A stretch of 64,000 nucleotides of DNA from Flaccisagitta enflata. Its lineage: Eukaryota. Below are positions 13,601 to 27,242 of the stretch, piece by piece (within the stretch, counting starts at the first letter, position 1; each line of letters starts with the position of its first letter). Under the pieces are notes generated by a model, which did no database searches, had not been told where the DNA came from, and saw only the letters and a program-made list of their open reading frames with translations. The stretch covers positions 9,424,001 through 9,488,000 of the forward strand of contig OZ231126.1 in the NCBI GenBank assembly GCA_965153355.1, given 5' to 3'. The position numbers and the translations under genes were made by a program.

Positions 13601-14451
13601 TGGATTGCAAAAGGTCTTCAGGCCGTCAAGAGCGTCGTCAACACGTGCTTGAGATGCCAGAAGAACTTTAAAAAGAACACAAATCAGCAAATGGCCAATC
13701 TCCCATCAAATAACGTCAAATAAAGCACCTGTCTTTTATAAGAGACTGGATTGGACGTCGTAAAGACATTTCATAGTAAAAATGAGCAGGGCGTGCTGAT
13801 GCAAGGTGTGGATCGCAGTGTTCACCTGTTTCGTGTCTCCTTGCGTCCGTAATGAATTGCTCTTCAACATGTCAGCCGATCTGATATTAAATGCAATCAT
13901 CAGCACTGCAGCAGGCGCCCCGAGTGCCGTTTCTTACCTCAGATTATGGAGAGCAGATCTAGTCAGCGCAGCTTAATGTCTCCAAGAAAAATGGAAGCCC
14001 CAGGAACCGCTCATTAACTCCTGAATTGCAGCTGACATGACCTTCGGTGGGATTTTATCACGCCGAGAACACCTCACTATGGAGGGGTGTGGGAGAGAAT
14101 CATCGCTCTCTTTAAGCGCCATCTTGCTTCCATCTCGGCTGGCGCCATCACTCACGTGTGCATGTCCAACACTGCCGTCAAATCTGAAGTTGAAGGAATT
14201 CTCAATGCCGTCTCTAACAACCATGATGATCAAATGACTCACAAGCCATACACACAGAATCCCATCCTCAATCATTAACACATCCTAAGGCCATACCCCT
14301 CTGGATCTGGTGCAACAAGGTCAACTCAGCTATGCGACTCATGAAGATTCAATGGAAGGCGTGTAATCGCGTGTGGATGCATTTGGAAATCGTGGAGGAA
14401 TTAGAATATTTGTCGCTTCTTCACCTTGTGAGAAGCAAATGGTAGAGATCC
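10620..14451 (+). pseudogene. pol: BEL/Pao pol remnant (aspartic protease, RT, RNase H, integrase)
   Basis: Motifs in PR-RT-RH-IN order spread over several frames. Confidence 0.9.
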
Positions 14452-14618
14452 GAGAGACTTATGACTTAGAATGACTTAGAATAACCTAACATGACTAAGA
14501 ATAACAAAAAGTAATAAAAAAAATAAAGTTGGACCAATGGACCGACGGACAAACGGACCAACGGACCAACGGACGGACGGACAAAGCGGGTTGTAGAGTT
14601 GCGTGCACGCGTCTAAAA
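14452..14618 (-). mobile_element. HINE truncated at its 3' sub-TIR by the BEL/Pao junction
   Basis: Matches the 62764-62985 architecture but lacks the ~30-bp terminal segment aaacaagaccaacacctataagtcgcgtg. Confidence 0.75.
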
Positions 14619-15004
14619 ACATGGCCAAGTGAAGGCTAATAAGTGCGCCTTGCTTATAAGAACTTTTACGAATGAAATCAAATAGGAATGAATGAATGTA
14701 TCAAATGTAAACAAATGAAAATGTGGAATGAATGAATGAATGAATGAATGGAAATGAAAGTTACAAAGCTTGAAAGGTGATAGGAATGAAGAAATATTAG
14801 CTAGAATCAATGCTGCGCATTTCAAACGGCTCATGTGACCAACTGACTGGACCAACCACCAACCGACCAACCAACCGACGGATATGACTCTTAAAGAAGT
14901 GCGAGGACGCCGAGGGTGCACTTGAAGATATGGTCAAATTAGGTAATTCAATCCGGTGCACTTGTTTTTCCCCACAAGAACAAATCTATAATTCAAGCTT
15001 ACTC

Positions 15005-15160
15005 GAGCTAAAACATATAAAACCATACCCACACCTAACCCTCACCCTAATCCCTACTCTATCCCTAACCCAAACCCCACCCCTAACCCTAAAACATTAC
15101 CCGCTTAAAAACACTTAAAAACAAAAGACACGGATTGTCATTGCGAACGTGACCGAAAAT
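15005..15160 (+). repeat. Interspersed repeat with degenerate CCCTAA (telomere-like) core; copies at 1-150 and inverted at ~24335-24465
   Basis: Shared flanks gagct-aaacat..accc and cattacccgcttaaaa..caaaagacacggattg around degenerate ccctaa units. Confidence 0.75.
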
Positions 15161-16079
15161 ATTATACTGTCTAGTTGTATGCGAAATCTTATGTTGCTAC
15201 GGATGGTTTCTTGATGTTAACATTATTCTCAAATCAACAATTCCTTTTTAGTCGCGTGCACACGTCTCAACACCCCGCTTTGTCCGTCGGTCGGTCAGTC
15301 GGTCTGTCCACTTTACTTTTTTTATGATTTTATTTTTGAACCTCACTGCTCCTGCCCAAATGATCTAGTGACCTCAAATATGGCCCCTGCCCACCCGCAC
15401 GCGACTTTGGTAGCCGTGTATCCAGCCTTGTTAGAAACAAAAGTAGGTTTACAGTTTAAAGAATAGGTTTTTAGTCTATTGAATTTGGTAGGGGTTTTCA
15501 TGACTCAAGGTTAACTAAACAAATTAACTTCAGATTTCATCGGCGCATGTTAGGGCTCATTAGTCATTCTTCACAAGAAACAACCTTGGGGGCTTGAGTA
15601 TCTCAGCTATTGATTATCCTACAGGCCTGTCTGATTTTGTTTAAACATTGATTCCTTTTGAATATGAAATCTTCCTGTTCACAACTTCACAGTGTGATCG
15701 GCCTCAGCTGTAAGATTATATTAAAAATCCTGTTTGAACTACTATTGTTTAAAAAGAAAATTCTATGGAGGAGTTATGCGAAAATAGGTGAATATGTATC
15801 TTATTTGGATGATTTTTTTAGAAGTCAAATTTAAGCAAGGTAAACAAAAATAAGCTCTATTGCCCTTAACATACTATGATATTGTTATTTTTATTTTCTG
15901 AAAAAATTAATTTTTTTAATGAATTTTACATTTGAGGCTATTCATCCTGTGTAGGTTTAAAATGCCATGTCTCTAAAACAGAATTCAATTTTTTTTTTAC
16001 AGAATTGTTTTTTTTTAATGATAAATGTACTAAAACAATTGTTTCCCATTCTCTTGAATGATATGGCTGATATACTTAC

Positions 16080-16259
16080 TTTGTTGGTAAGTTGGTGCGA
16101 TGGGTTTTGGAGGTGATTGGGACTTGGTAGCTCTTGGCGGCGGAATTGGAGAGGGAGTGTTTCTCAATGCGGGGTTGTAAAGTAGGTTGGAAGCTGTAAG
16201 ACTCGTTCCCGGGGCGCCACTACCCATCTGAATCAGTGCCTTCTTTGTTACGTCGGGAC
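16080..16259 (-). CDS. JPH: Junctophilin divergent-region exon, copy B (PDVTKKALIQMGSGAPG...PPKPIAPTYQQ)
   Basis: Acceptor (ttg)n-tctcag|, donor |gtaagt; 180 nt, phase 1-1, open, Pro/Ser-rich. Direct splicing gives YQPG-PD, as in the vertebrate JPH FYQPGP(D/E) motif. Confidence 0.8.
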
Positions 16260-16804
16260 CTGAGACAACAACAACAACAGACACCAATTCATAATCTGTC
16301 TGGTACGTGTTGTTTTGGGAAACATGTTCCACTTTGTTCCAGGGAATGAATAGGTGTTAATAATTGATGTGCTGGCTGCTGAACGAAGAAAAAGGGCCAT
16401 GCCATGCATAACACAATTGTAACACACAAGACCCTTTCCTTGATCCCATCCGAATGTGCGTTTTAGCTCGTTCTCTTTTGTAAACAAGGCCGGATACGCG
16501 ATTTAAAAGTAGTCACTCTCAGGTGGGCAGGGGCAGTAATGGTCAGAAATCAATGTAATAATCAACCCACGGACCTACGGCCTACGGATAAATTCTCTCA
16601 GGAAGTCGCTTACCAAGCGACAAAAACTATGCACAAAAACTATCTTCCAAAAAAAAAAAAAGCAAAAAAGGAAAAAAAAAGCATCTGATGCTTTGAAAAC
16701 ATCTTTTTGATGAAATGTGCTTTATGGGATTGGTAAGCTGAACGCGACCTCACACATCTGAGAGGTGCTGTTTAAAGACAAAGATCCCAGTGTGTGTGTG
16801 TATG

Positions 16805-16878
<74 letters not shown>

Positions 16879-17803
16879 TCATTTCAACTTAAGGCTGACC
16901 AGTACTTGCGACCATAGTTATTGCGTTAAAGTAGCAATTATTGTCATCAATCTCACAGAATGAAGAATGAACGAACAGTCATCATTTTTGCGGACTATCA
17001 AATCCTTGAGTCGTCGCTTTTTTGGTGAGAATGAACCGATTGAACCATTTATTGATGAACTCAATTTTTTGTCATTGAAGTTTGAACACACGAGCATATC
17101 TCAACCGGGAAAAATGGTGATAGTGAAGAACAGAAAAATAAAGTAAAAGGGGGAAAATCATTCTCGAATGAAGCTCAACTGATTTCATTCAATGCGCATG
17201 CGCTGATGTCGATCTTTGTCAGATTTCGAGGTTACAACTCGTTTCATATACTTTCATAAAATATAAATACATGATCGTCACCATACAGTCAATGGACAGA
17301 GCGGGAATGATGTAGGTATATATGGCTGGTGCTAATTGAAATTATATCCCGGATGATAAAAAATTGCAATTAACAACAGGTTGTTGATTGAACAAATTTG
17401 GTAGATTCATGATTTTGTAAAATTTTAAATTGTTTCTTAAGTCACACTTATGCCATATACTACTAAGTAATTAATATGAATATCTAATAACTAATATATT
17501 AAATGAATGATTTGAATTATCACAAAAAGTACATAATGTGAAATATCAAAAATAGACAAGATAAAAACCAGCCATATGACCCGTGTCACATCCGTGTTTT
17601 GTCCACCGACTGAACAATTATATCAATGTATATAACTACCTTCTTCCTCGCTATTTTGGTCGAAAAGGATAAGTCCAGAAGAGGGGTCTGTAAGACATTT
17701 GTTTGGTTATATAACGCGTCAAGATTGATAATTCTACAAGATCAAATACAATCACGACTTCATGACGATGACGATGAGGACACCCGTTGAGGTGAATACT
17801 TAC

Positions 17804-17893
17804 TGTAAGAAGCCCCGGGCGGCTCTTCTTCCAAGGCTTTAAGCTCTTTTGACAAAGGCTGATCTCTTTGTCTTCTTTGACACCATAGGACGC
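17804..17893 (-). CDS. JPH: Probable junctophilin 90-nt exon, copy B (G-VLWCQRRQRDQPLSKELKALEEEPPGASY)
   Basis: Perfect gtaagt donor. CACTAAC branch motif about 21 nt upstream of the first downstream AG (weak aag| acceptor). Open frame, phase 1-1. Confidence 0.55.
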
Positions 17894-18792
17894 CTTTTGA
17901 CGCCCCAGTAGGAGTTAGTGAGGTTACAGATGGATTAGTTGGATTCCAATGATGTTATAAGTTGTTGTTGTTGTTGTTGTTGATGTTATTAGTCAAACGG
18001 GTAAAAGAGAGAAAACAATAAAAGCTGCGTGAAAACAATCCAATTCCCGAATCGGCAATGATGAATGTTGTTGACTGTTATGATCGGGTGTGTCAATATG
18101 CAAAAGGTTTTTTGATCAGATGGTCACCATCAGGGATTGTTGGGCCATTATTCTAAGATATTTACCATATTTTTTTTCCAAATTTCATTCATCTTCAGTT
18201 TTTTTCTAAATCCCCATTTAGCACTTAATTTATATATTGTACATAGAAAAGGTTAATATAAAGTGTGAACCCCCTGAAAACTGTAGCACCCCCACCTACA
18301 GCTCCAACCGACTATATTATAAACACTCTAAAGGTAGAGGCAGAATGTTTATATCAATACAAGTAGCGTCACTAAAGCAATTTTTCAATTTTGCTCTTTT
18401 AGTCAAGATATAGCTTAATAAAGCATTTTAATTAACTAATATTAAAAGTTCATAAAATTAAAGATTTTTCATTATAATTTGAGATTGGAGTAGAAATTGC
18501 AAAATCGCTCAGGTGGCGCCACTTGTATGGTCACAAACTTTAATTAGCAATATTAAATTTATCATATATCACCACAGTTTAATCTGTAAGGGGGGGTGCG
18601 CTACAGTTTTAAGGGGGTTCACATTAGTGAAAGTCGGAGATTCGGCTTCGGCATCGACCTACTGACCGGGACACTACCCTAACATCGGAACCGAAGTCGA
18701 AGTTGTCATCCAACTTCGGATTGCAGGAGTCAGGAGTCAGTATGTAGTAGGTAGAAGGTTCAAAGTTGGTTCTTTTTAAAGGAGAAAAAAAG

Positions 18793-18939
<147 letters not shown>

Positions 18940-20415
18940 CAGAAATGAGAGAGAGATAGAGGGAGAGAGACAGAAATGAAAAAAATAAGAGAGAAACAGT
19001 GAGAGAGTTACAGATGGGGGGAGATAAAGTTAGATGTTTTACTTCAAAGAATGTAAGAGTATGTTAGGAGATGTAAGAAAGTATAAAACAAAGAGAGAAA
19101 GAAAGAAAGAAAGAAAGAGACAGACAGACAGACAGACAAACAGAGAGAGAGGGAGAAAGAGAGAAAAAAAGAAACAAAGGGAGGGATAAATAAAGAAACA
19201 GAGAAAAGAGGGAGAAAAAAAACATGAAAATAAAAATACAAATGATTGAAAAAAAATCATTTAAAGAAATATCAGAACCACTAGTTTTGCTTCAGAGATT
19301 AACTTAAACTTTAAGAAACAAGCACATATTTGTATTGATATGATTAAATAAAAGAAATTTCATTTATTAGTATTATACTATTTCTCACATTCAAAAACAA
19401 AACAGAAATGATAAATCAATAAAAGATTTGAAGTTATTTTTTTTTTAAAGAGAAATAACAGTGAAAAATAAAGCAAGATGAAAATGAAAAAAAAAACAAG
19501 ATAAAAAAAATCGAAATTTGATATTTGTTTTTATAATCTAAAAAAAATTTGATTTAATCAAAAAATTGAAGTAACTTCGAACTGTCGGACTTCGGCAAAC
19601 TTCGGTTTCGGTTTCGGAAACAAAGTCACTGTAATCTTCGGCTTCGGTTCGACTTCGGTCTACCTACCTTCGGTCTAACACTAGTTCACATCTTATATTT
19701 CTCCTTTCTCTGTAGTGCAGCTGGTTTTGCACCTGGATTATTGATAACAAGGAAAAGAATCAAAACACATTGATTCTTTTATTCTTTATACTAAAAAAAA
19801 TTAGTCAAAATCTACTGCTTTTATATAAGATGATTTAGTAAAAGAAAAAACATAATTTTTAAAATGATTCCTTAGTTTCATTTTCAACAAAACTGGGTGC
19901 AGTCGCTAAAAGTTTATATATTTTTGACAATCTTTACATGCGCTAAAAAAATAGATGATGATTGAAATTGAAACAAATAAAAACGGTAAGTGTCTTGGAA
20001 TTAATGTCTTCATACTCTCTGATGATAATGAGCTGATCAAAAGACCTTTTGCATATTTACACACCCGACTGTTATGGGTTATTTCAATCTATCACCATAT
20101 TACATTTTTGCTTGTTGACGAATATCATGTTGATGAATATCAAGTGTTTAACATAAACATGACATTGATCGAGTTTGGAAAAGTGCCGATAGAAAAAGTA
20201 GGCCCATTCTGACATTACGGTAGCTTTTCCCCTCCATCTATCCCACAATGATATTGCTTTACCTATTGCCTTTGACTGGTTGCACGGGCCATTTAACATG
20301 GTCGTCCGTTATGATGTTGCCTTTGGTCATCTGTCTGTGGTTTCTTATTTGCGCATTTTTAAGAATGTGTCTTTTGCTTTCCTTCTGTTCCCATCCCTGT
20401 CTGTCTAGGCCTGTT

Positions 20416-20480
<65 letters not shown>

Positions 20481-20864
20481 ACCCACTCGGCGTTGCGCCC
20501 GTTGCCTGACCTAGACTGCAAACGTTTCCTTGCTCCGCCCACAATCACTTTGATGAAATTCCTGTTCTAATTCGAACCCGATTTTTTCCTTCTTTTTTCC
20601 ATCTCAAATTGTAATCATTCATTGAAATCTTTCAGCTTCTGTTTGTTTTAGAGCGAACAATCCTCCCCCTTTCTCAAAATCACTCCATGGGAGCGAGTGG
20701 GCCCCCCCCCTCCCCAAAAAAAAGAATCGATGTATGTCATAATTATAAATTGATATCTCACTCTCCAAGAGCTGGTAACTGTCACGTAATTATCTATCGA
20801 TCAAAGAGTATGATAGCGATGTATCATATTGCGGTTATTAGTTTTAACTTTCGGTGATAACTGT

Positions 20865-21266
20865 TAGGTCCGTACTAGTCTAGGATGTTATGATGTGTGT
20901 GTTTTGACATGTTATAATGTTAGTATCGTTTGTATGCAAACGCGGATTGGAAAACATCCAAATGCTGATTAACGTTTGTTGGAAAAAAGTCGAATTACGT
21001 AATTCGACTTTTTGAAACGTATAGGAGAAATAAAGTTTTCCATTTTCGGTTTGAGGCAATTTTAGCAAGTTGTGCAGTTTTGGGGCTGGGATGATACATT
21101 TTTTGATATTCACAGCTAAGAAAGAGCTGATTTTTCTCGTTCAAATGGCGCCAACCAGAAGTCTCTATGATGATTAGTTTAGGAGTTAAAAATTTTTTAA
21201 TCTATTTTTATTTTTCGCATTTTTGAAAAATTCGATATTTTTCATTGATCCGCTAATTCGGACCTA
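20865..21266. mobile_element. TIR MITE containing a 30-bp perfect palindrome; truncated copy at 6375-6531
   Basis: Termini taggtccgtactag / ctaattcggaccta with tgt on both flanks. Palindrome AAAAAGTCGAATTAC-GTAATTCGACTTTTT at 20984-21013. Confidence 0.7.
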
Positions 21267-21333
21267 TGTAACATGAGAAAATAGTCAAGATGTTACAGAA
21301 ATTGACTGCAAGTTTTATGACGCATTTTACTCA

Positions 21334-21972
<639 letters not shown>

Positions 21973-22069
21973 ACTAGATAAGATTAATAGACAACCAATC
22001 GCGGAGAAATGTGACCATTTCCATCATAGATGGTAACTCTAAAATCTTAAGATGATCAGACAAGGGTTA

Positions 22070-22180
22070 CTCATGGCCGCAACCCCTCCCCATTCCCATT
22101 ATAAAAGATAGGAAGCTGCAGAGGCCAAATTCCTTCCTGTATATTTTCTATGGCAAATGAGGGGGGGTTGCGGCCATGAG
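22070..22180. mobile_element. 111-bp TA-flanked MITE
   Basis: 17-bp perfect TIR ctcatggccgcaacccc with TA on both sides. Confidence 0.8.
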
Positions 22181-22292
22181 TAAACTTCATTTGATTGCTA
22201 CCAGATTTTAGGGTTATCATCTGTGATGGAAATGGTCTTATTTCTCCCGCGAGGGAGACCAGATTCAAATATGACCATATTTCCAGTCACCC

Positions 22293-22355
<63 letters not shown>

Positions 22356-22729
22356 TACACACACACACACACACACTCACTCCAAGACAGAGAAAGACTA
22401 AGAGAAAGAATAGACACCTGTAGATTGAATAATGAAAACAGACAGGCAGTCAACCAGGCAGCATGAGATGCACGCACAGAAGAACATGCACTGAAAAGAA
22501 GAAACTCTCATTTACGACTTTTTTCCGGTCGGCGATTAGCCGCTTTTATTGGTATGTATTGTGTTGTGTTATAAATGTTGTACTTGGGTCATGTTTAGCG
22601 TTTCATGATATGTATATAGGATTGTAATTGTCAGTATTGTTCTATCGTTTTGTTATGTGTTTATCACAAGGTTTCTCGTTTTGTTTTTGTGTTAAGCTCG
22701 TGTTAAGTTGTGTTGAAAGATAAGCCAAC

Positions 22730-22848
22730 CTGGTTGATAGAATGAAGGCGCGTAGAGTTTTGCCTGCACTCTGGCCTTGGACATGTCCTGCCTCGTCGTT
22801 TCGGCAGTTTGATCCGCATTTTCAGCTTTCCCCCGCGCCATCGCCGTC
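22730..22848 (-). CDS. JPH: Junctophilin exon, alpha-helical region (TAMARGKAENADQTAETTRQDMSKARVQAKLYAPSFYQP-G)
   Basis: Read manually; this frame is not in the ORF track. Matches the ARxKAE...APxFYQPG motif ending the junctophilin helix. Acceptor ttgttag|, donor CAG|gttggc; 119 nt, phase 2-1, fits both neighbours. Confidence 0.93.
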
Positions 22849-22869
22849 CTAACAAAAGCACGGCAAGGT

Positions 22870-23117
22870 ACAAGGTCATTAGACCTAAGTCGCGTGCGTC
22901 GGCACTTTCAAAAAAAGTCAGGCAGACAGACAGACAAACGATTCTTTTCAAAAAGACATTTGAAACAGCTATTTACAACTCCAAGCTTCTTCTCCACTAC
23001 TTAGAGACGTTAAAACGCGGTAAAAAGCCTTTAAAACGACTTTGTGACCGACGGACCGACGGACCGACGGACGGACCGAAAAGTGGCTTATAGAGTCGCG
23101 TAGCACGCGACTAAAAA
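22870..23117 (-). mobile_element. HINE, AGTCGCGT subfamily (longer relative at 33664-34135)
   Basis: acaaggtcattagacctaagtcgcgtgcg ... (gacg/gacc)n ... agtcgcgtagcacgcgactaaaaa. Confidence 0.8.
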
Positions 23118-23189
23118 CAGCATTAGGTGAGTGGATGGTTTCAGCACAGATCAACCGAACTGAAAACCCTCAAAAAACAGAATTTGCTC

Positions 23190-23300
23190 TTTTTAGGTGC
23201 GACAAAGCACCTCTATAACTGGCTGTGTCCGTTGGTCGGTTGGTTACGCATTCGTTTGACGATCCACACGTCGCACCTTATTGGCCTACTTGGCCTTGTT
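23190..23300 (+). mobile_element. Minimal ~110-bp HINE, AGGTGCGAC subfamily
   Basis: T-run, aggtgc-gacaaa-gcacct hairpin, GTCG/GTTG repeat, 3' gtcgcacct, ggcc-tactt-ggcc hairpin, ttgttt end. Confidence 0.75.
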
Positions 23301-23588
23301 TATTGTAAAGGTACCCCTTTGGGAGTTATTCAAGAGTCCCAAATATTTTTGATCTCGGACCCATATTTTGTAACAAAAAAAACCGTAGCTCAGCCATTTT
23401 TTATGATAAAAGAACAATGTTGGTGTCAACGGCAAAAACGAGGCAGGGTACAAAAACAGTATCAGTTACATTGGCACACTGCAGCAATTGCGATCACAGA
23501 GGCTGCAATGTTTAAAACTAGACCAAAAGGTGATGTCATTTATCAATTATTCTTTTTTATCATCGCTGTGTGCAAAAAGTCGCGTTGG

Positions 23589-24085
<497 letters not shown>

Positions 24086-24727
24086 GAACGAGAATGACAA
24101 CATGAGTTCTTCTCATATTATAAAGGCGAGAGAATAATGCACCTGAGCCTGAGCCTTGGAACATGATCCCTTTAACAATATTGCCTCTCAGCGAAACTAG
24201 AGAATTCATTCTATCGACTTTGCAAGATCCGTCTTCACTTCATGACTATTTAGATCCTATTAATTCTCTTTCATAACTCGCAATTTGAAAATGAGATTTT
24301 TTTTTGTTCTCAGTATTAGTTATATAAACCCAATTGGGTCTCGTTAGCGATCTCAATCCGTGTCTTTTGTTTTTAAGCGGGTAATGTTAGTAGGGTTAGG
24401 GGTGAGTTTTAGGGTTAGGGGTAGGATTTAGGGCTAGGCGTGGGTCTGGTTTAATGTTTCAGCTCCTTTAATTGTTTCAGCCACAATCCATGGAATTTCA
24501 TACTGATGGGGAAAGATCGTTTCCTACTCTATTTTCCTCTCGCGTGAATCGACAGACAGCAGTTTATAGAGTCGCGTGAGCGTGACTTGAAAATTAATGA
24601 AGACATCAAAATCACCCAAGTATGAAATTTTAAGCATTAAAAATCTGTTGCCTTCTTTTTTTTTCAAATCGATGATTGTCAGATTTTAAAAATCTTCATC
24701 TTAGTGCGCGATTTTTCACTATCAAGT

Positions 24728-25866
24728 TAACAGGGTCCAGAAATGTGTAAAAAGCGTGATAGAATTTCATCCACCTGTCACAAGACCAACTAAAGGGTGG
24801 GGAATGAGCTCAGTCTGTCAAAAATTTTCTCTGGTCAATACTTGGGATGCTACTGATGAATATCTCATTCGAGTGTGTCAAAATGCAAAAGGTTTTTTGA
24901 TCAGATGGTCATCATCAGGGATTGTTTGGGATATTAATTCTAAGATACTTACCATTTTTGTTTCTTCAAATTTCATTCATCTTCCTTTTTTTTCTAAATC
25001 CTCATTTAGCCCCTAATTGGTATATTTTAGTGCAGCTGATTTTGCACCTGGATTATTGATGACAAAGAAAAGAATCAAAACACATTGGTTCTTTTATTCT
25101 TTATACTATAAAAGAATTAGTCAAAATCTTGTGCTTTTATACAAGATGATTTAGTAATAGAAAAAACATAATTTTTAAATTGATTTATTAGTCTCATTTT
25201 CAACAAAACTGGGTCCAGTTGCTAAAAGTATATATATTTTTGACAATCTTTACATGGGCTAAAAAAACGGAAGATGATTGAAATTGAAAAAAATAAATAT
25301 GGTAAGTTTCTTGTACTCCCTGATAAAGATGAGCTGATCAAAAGACCTTTTGCATATTGACAGACCCGAATATCTCATGCATATCTCAGGTCAAAAGGCT
25401 ATATGAGGTTAAAATTTCATAATGGGAAAATCAAAAATCTGATGGTAGATTCAAATTCTTTGCAAAAAAATGTTTTTCTTTTTTTTATATTCCAACTAGA
25501 ACATGATCTAATCTGATGTCAAAGGTCATATTCGGGTTAAATCTGCTCTTTTGTCTAAAATTTGGTTTATGGCAATGTTTGATGATAATTTTGACTATGT
25601 TCAGGATGGAATATCAAAAAAAAAAAAAGAAATTTTCTTTTAGCAGTTTTTACAAGAATTCTGAATCTGCAATCAGATTCTGGTATTTCTTATTTTGAAA
25701 TTTTGACCTGATATAATCTTTTGACCTGAGATATGCAACAGTAGCGTCCCTAATATTGACCAGAGAAAACTTTTGACAGACTGAGCTCATTCCCCACCCT
25801 TTAATTGGTCTTGTGAGAGGTGGATGAAATTCTATCACGCTTTTTACACATTTCTGGACCCTGTTA
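24728..25866. mobile_element. Foldback-type long-TIR element hosting a Mutator-like MITE
   Basis: More than 130 bp of near-perfect TIR taacagggtccagaaatgtg.../...cacatttctggaccctgtta, continuing imperfectly inward. Flanks ctatcaagt / ctatcaagg. Confidence 0.88.
24869..25369. mobile_element. Mutator-like MITE, 501 bp
   Basis: Perfect 9-bp TSD atatctcat and ~130-bp imperfect TIRs. Confidence 0.9.
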
Positions 25867-25916
25867 CTATCAAGGTCTGATCATCACACTCCTCAAATAT
25901 CTTACAACCATGCCAT

Positions 25917-26000
<84 letters not shown>

Positions 26001-26052
26001 TCACTCACTCACTCACTCACTCACTCACTCACTCACTCACTCACTCACTCAC

Positions 26053-26552
<500 letters not shown>

Positions 26553-26757
26553 GAGAGACAGAGACAGAGGCATATGATTTGAGAGAGAGCATGAATTAAA
26601 TGAAAATGAATTCGCCTAAATGGCGGTTTCATTGCTCTGATTATTTTCCTACCCGCTGTGCAATGTATATGGCTCTATATGGAGACACTTGAGTGAAAAT
26701 GATCAATCTGACTGTCCAATAAGTCCATTACATAAGTTATTGTGAATCTACACTTAC

Positions 26758-27201
26758 TTGAGTCGATGATCCACTGACGTAGCTTTGAATGGAAGAGGAG
26801 GAATTAAGACTGCCGGCTTTTCCGGGTCTTCGTTGTTGCGGCAAATCGCCGGTGCTTTGCTGCTTCCGCAACTTGAGACCCGAAAACAGGCCGCCGCCGA
26901 TCTTCTTCGCCCCACCTCCTCCTCCTCCTCCTCCTCCTCCCCCTCTGTTGAAGATGGAGCCCCTTCTGGCGAGGGGTGGTTCGTCGCTGTTGGTGCGCAG
27001 GACGAACCCACCTCTCGTGTCGTTCTCGCGGGTGGAGTCGGCTCGAAGGACGGACCGATCGTCGTCCGCCTCACTTCTCAACGAAGTCAGGCTGGACCGA
27101 AGCGCCTTGGCTTGCCGGTAGTGAGACGCCAAGCCGTAAGGCGCTGATGTCCGGACGCCGTAACCGTGACGAACTCCACGGAGCCATTGGCCCTGGAACG
27201 T

Positions 27202-27203
<2 letters not shown>
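26758..27203 (-). CDS. JPH: Junctophilin exon, MORN 6 plus joining region (TFQGQWLRGVRHGYGVRTSAPYG...RSSLTSLRS...RGGFVL...LRKQQSTGDL)
   Basis: Continues DGG|TFQGQW in phase and carries the conserved SL-SLRSE and RGGFVL motifs. Acceptor (ca)n-cag|, donor CAA|gtaagt; 446 nt, phase 1-0. Confidence 0.94.

Positions 27204-27242
<39 letters not shown>

Larger units (their letters stand above)
6532..14451 (+). mobile_element. Degenerate BEL/Pao LTR-retrotransposon internal region (gag-PR-RT-RH-IN); no LTRs recognised
   Basis: Gag zinc knuckle CNVCSGMHQPEEC (10209-10247); protease MIDSGADRS (~10686); Pao-type RT WYLPLHIV..KTRVCHDA..GPNL..ILMRFR..DIKAFF and VDD (~12009); RNase H IFCDAA..YGAV, WSDS, NPADHCSRG; integrase CLRC, TGLD, WERII..KRHL, EVEGILN. 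Many frameshifts and stops. Confidence 0.93.
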
